From: Eledone cirrhosa
Taxonomy: Eukaryota
Direction of reading: 5' to 3'
Assembly: GCA_964016885.1 (NCBI GenBank)
Contig: OZ024757.1
Span: 2,914,001 to 2,978,000 of the forward strand
Length of the DNA: 64,000 nucleotides
The translations under genes were made by a program, and so were the position numbers. Shown here one piece after another: positions 41,101-54,400 of the stretch (position 1 is the first letter of the stretch; each line of letters starts with the position of its first letter). The notes under the pieces were generated by a model. It did no database searches, was not told the DNA's origin, and worked only from the letters and a program-made list of their open reading frames with translations.

Positions 41101-44100
41101 AGATTCTTTCCAGAGATATTCTTACCACATGTCTGTAGTATCAGAGCTGTGATCTCTCAATTCAGAGGTTCTTTCCTGAGACATTCTAACCACATGTCTG
41201 TAGTATCAGAGCTGTGATCTCTCAATTCAGAGATTCTTTCCTGAGACATTCTAGCCACATGTCAATAGTATCAGAGCAGTGATCTCTCAATTCAGAGATT
41301 CTTCCTGTGTGATTCTAACCAGATGTCTGTAGTATCAGAGCTGTGATCTCTCAATTCAGAGATTCTTTCCTGAGACATTCAAACCACATGTCTGTAGTAT
41401 CAGAGGTGTGATCTCTCAATTCATAGATTCTTTGCAGAGACATTCTAACCACATGACCATAGTATCAGAGCTGTGATCTCTCAATTCAGAGATTCTTTCC
41501 AGAGACATTCTAACCACATGTCTACAGTATCAGAGATGTGATCTCTCCATTCAGAGATTCTTTCCTGAAAACATTCTAACCACATGTCTGTAGTATCAGA
41601 GCTGTGATATCTCAATTCAGAGATTCTTTCCTGACACATTCTAACCACATGTCTATAGTATCAGAGCTGTGATCTCTCAATTCAGAGATTCTTTCCTGAG
41701 ACATTCTAACCACATGGCTGTAGTATCAGAGCTGTGATCTCTCAATTCAAAGATTCTTTCCTGATATAATTCTAACCACATATCTATAGTATCAGAGCTG
41801 TGATCTCTCAATTCAAAGATTCTTTCGAGAGATATTTTTACCACATGTTTGTAGTATCAGAGCTGTGATCTCTCAATTCAGAGATTCTTTCCTGAGACAT
41901 TCTAAGCACATGTCTATAGTATCAGAGCTGTGATCTCTCAATTCAGAGATTCTTTCCAGAGACATTCTAACCACATGAAAATAGTATCCGAGCTGTGATC
42001 TCTCAATTCAGAGATTCTTTCCAGAGACACACTAACCACATTGTCTGTAGTATCAGAGCTGTGATCTCTCAATTCAGAGTTTCTTTCCTGAGACATTCTA
42101 AGCACATGTCTATTGTATCAGAGCTGTAATCTCTCAATTCAGAAATTCTTTCCTGAGACATTCTAACCACATATCGGTAGTATCAGAGCTGTGATCTCTC
42201 AATTCAGCTATCATTTCCTGAAACATTCTAACTACATGTCTGTAGTATCAGAGCTGTGATCCCTCAATTTAGAGATTCTTTCCTGAGACATTCTAACTAC
42301 ATGTCTGTAGTATCAGAGCTGTGATCTCCCAATCCAGCGATTCTTACCTCAGAGATTCTAACCACATGTCTATAGAATCATAGCTGTGATCTCGCAATTC
42401 AGAGATCCTTTCCTCAGACATTCTAACCACATGTCTGTAGTGTCAGATCTGTGATATCTCAAACCAGAGATTCTTTCCAGAGACATTCTAACCACATGTC
42501 TGTAGTATCAGAGCTGTGATCTCTCATTTCAGTGATTCATTCCCAAGACATTCTAACCACATGTCTATAGTATCAGAGATGTGATCTCTCAATTCAGAGA
42601 TTCTTTCCTGAGACATTCTAACCAAATGACAATAGTATCAGAGCTGTGATCTCTCAATTCAGAGATTCTTTCCAGTGACACACTAAGCACATGTCTGTAG
42701 TATCAGAGCTGTGATCTCTCAATTCAGAGTTTCTTTCCAGAGACATTCTAAGCACATGTCTATAGTATCAGAGCTGTGATCTCTCAATTCAGAAATTCTT
42801 TCCTGAGACATTCTAACCACATATCGGTAGTATCAGAGCTGTGATCTCTCAATTCAGAGATTATTTCCTGAGACATTCTAACTACATGTCTGTAGTATCA
42901 GAGCTGTGATCTCTCAATTTAGAGATTCTTTCCTGAGACATTCTAACCACATATCTGTAGTATCAGAGCTGTGAACTCTCAATTCAGAGTTTCTTTCCTG
43001 AGACATTCTAAGCACATGTCTATAGTATCAGAGCTGTGATCACTCAATTCAGAGAATCTTTCCTGAGACATTCAAACCACATGTCTGTAGTATCAGAGCT
43101 GTGATCTCTCAATTCAGAGATTCTTTCCTGAGGCATTCTAACCACATGACCATAGTATCAGAGCTGTGATCTCTCAATTCAGAGATTCTTTCCAGGGACA
43201 TTCTAACCGCATGTCTATAGTATCAGAGCTGTGATCTCTCCATTCAGAGATTCTTTCCTGAGACATTCTAACCACATGTCTGTAGTATCAGAGCTGTGAT
43301 CTCTCAATTCAGAGATTCTTTCCTGAAACATTCAAACCACATGTCTGTAGTATCAGAGGTGTGATCTCTCAATTCAAAGATTCTTTCCTGAGACATTCTA
43401 ACTACATGTCTGTAGTATCAGAGCTGTAATCTCTCAATTCATAGATTCTTTCCAGAGACATTCTAACCACATGACCATAGTATCAGAGCTGTGATCTCTC
43501 AATTCAGAGATTCTTTCCAGGGACATTCTAACCGCATGTCTATAGTATCAGAGCTGTGATCTCTCCATTCAGAGATTCTTTCCTGAGACATTCTAACCAC
43601 ATGGCTGTAGTATCAGACCTGTGATCTCTCAATTCAAAGATTCTTTCGAGAGATATTCTTACCACATGTTTGTAGTATCAGAGCTGTGATCTCTCAATTC
43701 AGAGATTATTTCCTGAGACATTCTAACCACATGTCTGTAGTATCAGAGCTGTGATCTCTCAATTCAGAGATTCTTTCCTGAGTGATTCTAACCAAATGTC
43801 TGTAGTATCAGAGGTGTGATTTCTCAATTCAGAGATTCTTTCCTGAGACATTCTAACCAGATGTCTATAGTTTCAGAGCTTTGATCTCTCAATTCAGAGA
43901 TTCTTTCCTGAGACATTCTAACCACATGTCTATAGTATCAGAGCTGTGATCTCTCAATTCAGAGATTCTTTCCTGAGACATTCTAACCACATGGCTGTAG
44001 TATCAGAGCTGTGATCTCTCAATTCAAAGATTCTTTCCTGAGATAATTCTAACCACATATCTATAGTATCAGAGCTGTGATCTCTCAATTCAAAGATTCT

Positions 44101-47100
44101 TTCCAGAGATATTCTTACCACATGTCTGTAGTATCAGAGCTGTGATCTCTCAATTCAGAGATTCTTTCCTGAGACATTCTAACCACATGTCTGTAGTATC
44201 GGATCTGTGATCTCTCAATTCAGAGATTCTTTCCTGAGACATTCTAGCCACATGTCAGTAGTATCAGAGCTGTGATCTCTCAATTCAGAGATTCTTTCCT
44301 GAGTGATTCTAACCACATGTCAGTAGTATCAGAGGTGTGATCCCTCAATTCAGAGATTCTTTCCTGAGACATTCTAACCAGATGTCTGTAGTATCAGAGC
44401 TGTGATCTCTCAATTCAGAGATTCTTTCCTGAGACATTCTAAACACATGACAACAGTATCAGAGCTGTGATCTCTCAATTCAGAGATTCCTTCCAGAGAC
44501 ACACTAACCACATGTCTGTAGTATCAGAGCTGTGATCTCTCAATTCAGAGTTTCTTTCCTGCGACATTCTAAGCACATGTCTATAGTATCAGAGCTGTGA
44601 TCTCTCAATTCAGAGATTCTTTCCAGAGACATTCTAACCACATGAAAATAGTATCAGAACTGTGATCTCTCAATTCAGAGATTCTTTCCAGAGACACACT
44701 AACCACATTGTCTGTAGTATCAGAGCTGTGATCTCTCAATTCAGAGTTTCTTTCCTGAGACATTCTAAGCTCATGTTTATTGTATCAGAGCTGTGATCTC
44801 TCAATTCAGAAATTCTTTCCTGAGACATTCTAACCACATATCGATAGTATCAAAGCTGTGATCTCTCAATTCAGATATCATTTCCTGAAACATTATAACT
44901 ACATGTCTGTAGCATCAGAGCTGTGATCCCTCAATTTAGAGATTCTTTCCTGAGACATTCTAACCACATATCTGTAGTATCAGAGCTGTGATCTCCCAAT
45001 CCAGCAATTCTTACCTCAGAGATTCTAACCACATGTCTATAGAATCATAGCTGTGATCTCGCAATTCAGAGATCCTTTCCTCAGACATTCTAACCACATG
45101 TCTGTAGTGTCAGATCTGTGATATCTCAAACCAGAGATTCTTTCCAGAGACATTCTAAACACATGTCTGTAGTATCAGAGCTGTGAACTCTCAATTCAGA
45201 GTTTCTTTCCTGAGACATTCTAAGCACATGTCTATAGTATCAGAGCTGTGATCTCTCAATTCACAGAATCTTTCCTGAGACATTCAAACCACATGTCTGT
45301 TGTATCAGAGCTGTGATCTCTCAATTCAGAGATTCTTTCCTGAGGCATTCTAACCACATGTCTAAAGTATCAGAGCTGTGATCTCTCAATTCAGAGATTC
45401 TTTCCTGAAACATTCAAACCACATGTCTGTAGTATCAGAGGTGTGATCTCTCAATTCAAAGATTCTTTCCTGAGACATTCTAACTACATGTCTGTAGTAT
45501 CAGAGCTGTAATCTCTCAATTCATAGATTCTTTCCAGAGACATTCTAACCACATGAACATAGTATCAGAGCTGTGATCTCTCAATTCAGAGATTCTTTCC
45601 AGGGACATTCTAACCTCATGTCTATAGTATCAGAGCTGTGATCTCTCCATTCAGAGATTCTTTCCTGAGACATTCTAGCCACATGTCTATAGTATCAGAG
45701 CTGTGATCTCTCAATTCAGAGATTCTTTCCTGAGTGATTCTAACCACATGTCTGTAGTATCAGAGGTGTGATTTCTCAATTCAGAGATTCTTTCCTGAGA
45801 CATTCTAACCAGATATCTATAGTTTCAGAGCTTTGATCTCTCAATTCAGAGATTCTTTCCTGAGACATTCTAACCACATGTCTATAATATCAGAGCTGTG
45901 ATCTCTCAATTCAGAGATTCTTTCCTGAGACATTCTAACCACATGGCTGTAGTATCAGAGCTGTGATCTCTCAATTCAAAGATTCTTTCCTGAGATAATT
46001 CTAACCACATATCTATAGTATCAGAGCTGTGATCTCTCAATTCAGAGATTCTTTCCTGAGTGATTCTAACCACATGTCAGTAGTATCAGAGGTGTGATCT
46101 CTCAATTCAGAGATTCTTTCCTGAGACATTCTAACCAGATGTCTGTAGTATCAGAGCTGTGATCTCTCAATTCAGAGTTTCTTTTATGAGACATTCTAAG
46201 CACATGTCTATAGTATCAGAGCTGTGATCTCTCAATTCAGAGATTCTTTCCAGAGACATTCTAACCCCATGAAAATAGTATAAGAGGTGTGATCTCTCAT
46301 TTCAGAGATTCTTTCCAGAGACACACTAACCACATTGTCTGTAGTATCAGAACTGTGATCTCTCAATTCAGAGTTTCTTTCCTGAGACATTCTAAGCACA
46401 TGTCTATTGTATCAGAGCTGTGATCTCTCAATTCAGAAATTCTTTCCTGAGACATTCTAACCACATATCGGTAGTATCAGAGCTGTGATCTCTCAATTCA
46501 GATATCATTTCCTGAAATATTCTAACTACATGTCTGTAGTATCAGAGCTGTGATCCCTCAATTTAGAGATTCTTTCCTGAGACATTCTAACCACATATCT
46601 GTAGTATCAGAGCTGTGATCTCTCAATTCAGAGATTATTTCCTGAGACATTCTAAATACATGTCTGTAGTATCAGAGCTGTGATCTCCCAATCCAGCGAT
46701 TCTTACCTCAGAGATTCTAACCACATGTCTATAGAATCATAGCTGTGATCTCTCCATTCAGAGATTCTTTCCTCAGACATTCTAACCACATCTCTGTAGT
46801 GTCAGAGCTGTGATATCTCAAACCAGAGATTCTTTCCAGAGACATTCTAACCACATGTCTGTAGTATCAGAGCTGTAATCTCTCATTTCAGTGATTCATT
46901 CCCAAGACATTCTAACCACATGTCTATAGTATCAGAGCTGTGATCTCTCAATTCAGAGATTCTTTCCAGTGACACACTAAGCACATGTCTGTAGTATCAG
47001 AGCTGTGACCTCTCAATTCAGAGTTTCTTTCCTGAGACATTCTAAGCACATGTCTATAGTATCAGAGCTGTGATCTCTCAATTCAGAAATTCTTTCCTGA

Positions 47101-48499
47101 GACATTCTAACCACATATCGGTAGTACCAGAGCTGTGATCTCTCAATTCAGAGATTATTTCCTGAGACATTCTAACTACATATCTGTAGTATCAGAGCTG
47201 TGATCTCTCAATTTAGAGATTCTTTCCTGAGACATTCTAACTACATATCTGTAGTATCAGAGCTGTGAACTCTCAATTCAGAGTTTCTTTCCTGAGACAT
47301 TCTAAGAACATGTCTATAGTATCAGAGCTGTGATCTCTCAATTCAGAGAATCTTTCCTGAGACATTCAAACCACATGTCTGTAGTATCAGAGCTGTGATC
47401 TCTCAATTCAGAGATTCTTTCCTGAAACATTCAAACCACATGTCTGTAGTATCAGAGGTGTGATCTCTCAATTCATAGATTCTTTCCAGAGACATTCTAA
47501 CCACATGAACATAGTATCAGAGCTGTGATCTCTCAATTCAGAGATTCTTTCCAGGGACATTCTAACCGCATGTCTATAGTATCAGAGCTGTGATCTCTCC
47601 ATTCAGAGATTCTTTCCTGAGACATTCTAACCACATGTCTGTAGTATCAGAGCTGTGATCTCTCAATTCAGAGATTCTTTCCTGAGACATTCTAACCACA
47701 TGGCTGTAGTATCAGAGCTGTGATCTCTCAATTCAAAGATTCATTCCTGAGATAATTCTAACCCCATATCTATAGTATCAATGCTGTGATCTCTCAATTC
47801 AGAAATTCTTTCCTGAGACATTCTAACCACATATCGGTAGTATCAGAGCTGTGATCTCTCAATGCAGAGATTCTTTCCTGAGGCATTCTAACCACATGTC
47901 TAAAGTATCAGAGCTGTGATCTCTCAATTCAGAGTTTCTTTCCTGAGACATTCTAAGCACATGTCTATAGTATCAGAGCTGTGATCTCTCAATTCAGAAA
48001 TTCTTTCCTGAGACATTCTAACCACATATCGGTAGTATCAGAGCTGAGATCTCTCAATTCAGAGATTATTTCCTGAGACATTCTAACTACATGTCTGTAG
48101 TATCAGAGCTGTGATCTCTCAATTCAGAGATTCTTTCCTGAGGCATTCTAACCACATGTCAAAAGTATCAGGGCTGTGATCTCTCAATTCAGAGATTCTT
48201 TCCTGAAACATTCAAACCACATGTCTGTAGTATCAGAGGTGTGATCTCTCAATTCAAAGATTCTTTCCTGAGACATTCTAACTACATGTCTGTAGTATCA
48301 GATCTGTAATCTCTCAATTCATAGATTCTTTCCAGAGACATTCTAACCACATGACCATAGTATCAGAGCTGTGATCTCTCAATTCAGAGATTCTTTCCAG
48401 GGACATTCTAACCGCATGTCTATAGTATCAGAACTGTGATCTCTCCATTCAGAGATTCTTTCCTGAGACATTCTAACCACATGTCTGTAGTATCAGAGC

Positions 48500-51400
48500 T
48501 GTGATCTCTCAATTCAGATATTCTTTCCTGAGACATTCTAACCACATGGCTGTAGTATCAGAGCTGTGATCTCTCAATTCAAAGATTCATTCCTGAGATA
48601 ATTCTAACCCCATATCTATAGTATCAGTGCTGTGATCTCTCAATTCAGAAATTCTTTCCTGAGACATTCTAACCACATATCGGTAGTATCAGAGCTGTGA
48701 TCTCTCAATTCAGAGATTCTTTCCTGAGACATTCTAACCCCATGTCTATAGTATCAGAGCTGTGATCTCTCCATTCAGAGATTCTTTCCTGAGGCATTCT
48801 AACCACATGTCTAAAGTATCAGAGCTGTGATCTCTCAATTCAGAGATTCTTTCCTGAGACATTCAAACCACATGTCTATTGTATCAGAGCTGTGATCTCT
48901 CAATTCAGAGATTCTTTTCTGAGGCATTCTAACCACATGTCTAAAGTATCAAAGCTGTGATCTCTCAATTCAGAGATTCTTTCCTGAAACATTCAAACCA
49001 CATGTCTGTAGTATCAGAGGTGTGATCTCTCAATTCAAAGATTCTTTCCTGAGACATTCTAACTACATGTCTGTAGTATCAGAGCTGTAATCTCTCAATT
49101 CATAGATTCTTTCCAGAGACATTCTAACCACATGACCATAGTATCAGAGCTGTGATCTCTCAATTCAGAGATTCTTTCCAGAGACATTCTAACTCATGTC
49201 TATAGTATCAGAGCTGTGATCTCTCCATTCAGAGATTCTTTCCTGAGACATTCTAACCACATGTCTGTAGTATCAGAGCTGTGATCTCTCAAGTCAGAGA
49301 TTCTTTCCTGAGACATTCTAACCACATGGCTGTAGTATCAAAGCTGTCATCTCTCAATTCAAAGATTCATTCCTGAGATAATTCTAACCATATGTCTATA
49401 GTATCAGAGCTGTGATCTCTCAATTCAGAGATTCTTTCCTGAGGCATTCTAACCACATGTCTAAAGTATCAGAGCTGTGATCTCTCAATTCAGAGATTCT
49501 TTCCTGAGACATTCTAAGCACATGTCTATAGTATCAGAGCTGTGATCTCTCAATTCAGAAATTCTTTCCTGAGACATTCTAACCACATATCGGTAGTATC
49601 AGAGCTGAGATCTCTCAATTCAGAGATTATTTCCTGAGACATTCTAACTACATGTCTGTAGTATCAGAGCTGTGATCTCTCAATTTAGAGATTCTTTCCT
49701 GAGACATTCTAACCACATATCTGTAGTATCAGAGCTGTGAACTCTCAATTCAGAGTTTCTTTTCTGAGACATTCTAAGCACATGTCTATAGTATCAGAAC
49801 TGTGATCTCTCAATTCAGAGAATCTTTCCTGAGACATTCAAACCACATGTCTATAGTGTCAGAGCTGTGATCTCTCAATTCAGAGATTCTTTCCTGAGGC
49901 ATTCTAACCACATGTCAAAAGTATCAGAGCTGTGATCTCTCAATTCAGAGATTCTTTCCTGAAACATTCAAACCACATGTCTGTAGTATCAGAGCTGTGA
50001 TCTCTCAATTCAGATATTCTTTCCTGAGACATTCTAACCACATGGCTGTAGTATCAGAACTGTGATCTCTCAATCCAAAGATTCATTCCTGAGATAATTC
50101 TAACCCCATATCTATAGTATCGGTGCTGTGATCTCTCAATTCAGAAATTCTTTCCTGAGACATTCTAACCACATATCGGTAGTATCAGAGCTGTGATCTC
50201 TCAATTCAGAGATTCTTTCCTGAGACATTCTAACCCCATGTCTATAGTATCAGAGCTGTGATCTCTCAATTCAGAGATTCTTTCCTGAGGCATTCTAACC
50301 ACATGTCTAAAGTATCAGAGCTGTGATCTCTCAATTCAGAGATTCTTTCCTGAGACATTCAAACCACATGTCTATTGTATCAGAGCTGTGATCTCTCAAT
50401 TCATAGATTCTTTCCTGAGGCATTCTAACCACATGTCTAAAGTATCACAGCTGTGACCTCTCAATTCAGAGATTCTTTCCTGAAACATTCAAACCACATG
50501 TCTGTAGTATCAGAGGTGTGATCTCTCAATTCAAAGATTCTTTCCTGAGACATTCTAACTACATGTCTGTAGTATCAGAGCTGTAATCTCTCAATTCATA
50601 GATTCTTTCCAGAGACATTCTAACCACATGACCATAGTATCAGAGCTGTGATCTCTCAATTCAGAGATTCTTTCCAGAGACATTCTAACTCATGTCTATA
50701 GTATCAGAGCTGTGATCTCTCCATTCAGAGATTCTTTCCTGAGACATTCTAACCACATGTCTGTAGTATCAGAGCTGTGATCTCTCAAGTCAGAGATTCT
50801 TTCCTGAGACATTCTAACCACATGGCTGTAGTATCAAAGCTGTCATCTCTCAATTCAAAGATTCATTCCTGAGATAATTCTAACCCCATATCTATAGTAT
50901 CAGAGCTGTGATCTCTCAATTCAAAGATTCTTTTCAGAGATATTCTTACCACATGCCTGTAGTATCAGAGCTGTGATCTCTCAATTCAGAGATTCTTTCC
51001 TGAGACGTTCTAATCACATGTCTGTAGTATCAGAGCTGTGATCTCTCAATTCAGAGATTCTTTCCTGAGACATTCTAGCCACATGTCTATATTATCAGAG
51101 CTGTGATCTCTCAATTCAGAGATTCTTTCCTGAGACATTCTAACCACATGTCTGTAGTATCAGAGCTGTGATCTCTCAAGTCAGAGATTCTTTCCTGAGA
51201 CATTCTAACCACATGGCTGTAGTATCAAAGCTGTCATCTCTCAATTCAAAGATTCATTCCTGAGATAATTCTAACCACATGTCTATAGTATCAGAGCTGT
51301 GATCTCTCAATTCAGAGATTCTTTCCTGAGGCATTCTAACCACATGTCTAAAGTATCAGAGCTGTGATCTCTCAATTCAGAGTTTCTTTCCTGAGACATT

Positions 51401-54400
51401 CTAAGCACATGTCTATAGTATCAGAGCTGTGATCTCTCAATTCAGAAATTCTTTCCTGAGACATTCTAACCACATATCGGTAGTATCAGAGCTGAGATCT
51501 CTCAACTCAGAGATTATTTCCTGAGACATTCTAACTACATGTCTGTAGTATCAGAGCTGTGATCTCTCAATTTAGAGATTCTTTCCTGAGACATTCTAAC
51601 CACATATCTGTAGTATCAGAGCTGTGAACTCTCAATTCAGAGTTTCTTTTCTGAGACATTCTAAGCACATGTCTATAGTATCAGAACTGTGATCTCTCAA
51701 TTCAGAGAATCTTTCCTGAGACATTCAAACCACATGTCTATAGTATCAGAGCTGTGATCTCTCAATTCAGAGATTCTTTCCTGAGGCATTCTAGCCACAT
51801 GTCAAAAGTATCAGAGCTGTGATCTCTCAATTCAGAGATTCTTTCCTGAAACATTCAAACCACATGTCTGTAGTATCAGAGCTGTGATCTCTCAATTCAG
51901 ATATTCTTTCCTGAGACATTCTAACCACATGGCTGTAGTATCAGAGCTGTGATCTCTCAATCCAAAGATTCATTCCTGAGATAATTCTAACCCCATATCT
52001 ATAGTATCAGTGCTGTGATCTCTCAATTCAGAAATTCTTTCCTGAGACATTCTAACCACATATCGGTAGTATCAGAGCTGTGATCTCTCAATTCAGAGAT
52101 TCTTTCCTGAGACATTCTAACCCCATGTCTATAGTATCAGAGCTGTGATCTCTCAATTCAGAGATTCTTTCCTGAGGCATTCTAACCACATGTCTAAAGT
52201 ATCAGAGCTGTGATCTCTCAATTCAGAGATTCTTTCCTGAGACATTCAAACCACATGTCTATTGTATCAGAGCTGTGATCTCTCAATTCATAGATTCTTT
52301 CCTGAGGCATTCTAACCACATGTCTAAAGTATCACAGCTGTGACCTCTCAATTCAGAGATTCTTTCCTGAAACATTCAAACCACATGTCTGTAGTATCAG
52401 AGGTGTGATCTCTCAATTCAAAGATTCTTTCCTGAGACATTCTAACTACATGTCTGTAGTATCAGAGCTGTAATCTCTCAATTCATAGATTCTTTCCAGA
52501 GACATTCTAACCACATGACCATAGTATCAGAGCTGTGATCTCTCAATTCAGAGATTCTTTCCAGAGACATTCTAACTCATGTCTATAGTATCAGAGCTGT
52601 GATCTCTCCATTCAGAGATTCTTTCCTGAGACATTCTAACCACATGTCTGTAGTATCAGAGCTGTGATCTCTCAAGTCAGAGATTCTTTCCTGAGACATT
52701 CTAACCACTTGTCTGTAGTATCAAAGCTGTCATCTCTCAATTCAAAGATTCATTCCTGAGATAATTCTAACCCCATATCTATAGTATCAGAGCTGTGATC
52801 TCTCAATTCAAAGATTCTTTTCAGAGATATTCTTACCACATGCCTGTAGTATCAGAGCTGTGATCTCTCAATTCAGAGATTCTTTCCTGAGACGTTCTAA
52901 TCACATGTCTGTAGTATCAGAGCTGTGATCTCTCAATTCAGAGATTCTTTCCTGAGACATTCTAGCCACATGTCTATATTATCAGAGCTGTGATCTCTCA
53001 ATTCAGAGATTATTTCCTGAGACATTCTAACTACATGTCTGTAGTATCAGAGCTGTGATCTCGCAATTTAGAGATTCTTTCCTGAGACATTCTAACCACA
53101 TATCTGTAGTATCGGAGCTGTGATCTCTCAATTCAGAGTTTCTTTCCTGAGACATTCTAAGCACATGTCTATAGTATCAGAGCTGTGATCTCTCAATGCA
53201 GAGATTCTTTCCTGAGACATTCTAACCACATGTCTATAGTATCAGAACTGTTTTCTCTCAATTCAGGGATTCTTTCCTGAGATATTCTAACCACATGTCT
53301 AAAGTATCAGAGCTGTGATCTCTCAATTCAGAGATTCTTTCCTGAGACATTCTAACCAAATGACAATAGTATCAGAGCTGTGATCTCTCAATTCAGAGAT
53401 TCCTTCCAGTGACACACTAAGCACATGTCTGTAGTATCAGAGCTGTGATCTCTCAATTCAGAGTTTCTTTCCTGAGACATTCTAAGCACATGTCTATAGT
53501 ATCAGAGCTGTGATCTCTCAATTCAGAAATTCTTTCCTGAGACATTCTAACCACATATCGGTAGTACCAGTGCTGTGATCTCTCAATTCAGAGATTATTT
53601 CCTGAGACATTCTAACTACATGTCTGTAGTATCAGAGCTGTGATCTCACAATTTAGAGATTCTTTCCTGAGACATTCTAACCACATATCAGTAGTATCAG
53701 AGCTGTGAACTATCAATTCAGAGTTTCTTTCCTGAGACATTCTAACCACATGTCTATAGTATCAGAGCTGTGATCTCTCAATTCAGAGAATCTTTCCTGA
53801 GACATTCAAACCACATGTCTGTAGTATCAGAGCTGTGATCTCTCAATTCAGAGATTCTTTCCTGAAACATTCAAACCACATGTCTGTAGTATCAGAGGTG
53901 TGATCTCTCAATTCAGAGATTCTTTCCTGAGACATTCTAACCAAATGACAATAGTATCAGAGCTGTGATCTCTCAATTCAGAGATTCTTTCCAGAGACAT
54001 TCTAACCAAATGTCTATAGTATCAGAGATGTGATCTCTCAATTCAGAAATTCTATCCTGGATATTCTAACCACATATCGGTAGTATCAGCGCTGTGATCT
54101 CTCAATGCAGAGATTCTTTCCTGAGACATTCTAACCACATGTCTATAGTATCAGAACTGTTTTCTCTCAATTCAGGGATTCTTTCCTGAGACATTCTAAC
54201 CACATGTCTAAAGTATCAGAGCTGTGATCTCTCAATTCAGAGATTCTTTCCTGAGACATTCAAACCACATGTCTGTAGTATCAGAGCTGTGATCTCTCAA
54301 TTCAGAGATTCTTTCCAGAGACATTCTAACCACATGACCATAGTATCAGAGCTGTGATCTCTCAATTCAGAGATTCTTTCCAGAGACATTCTAACCAAAT

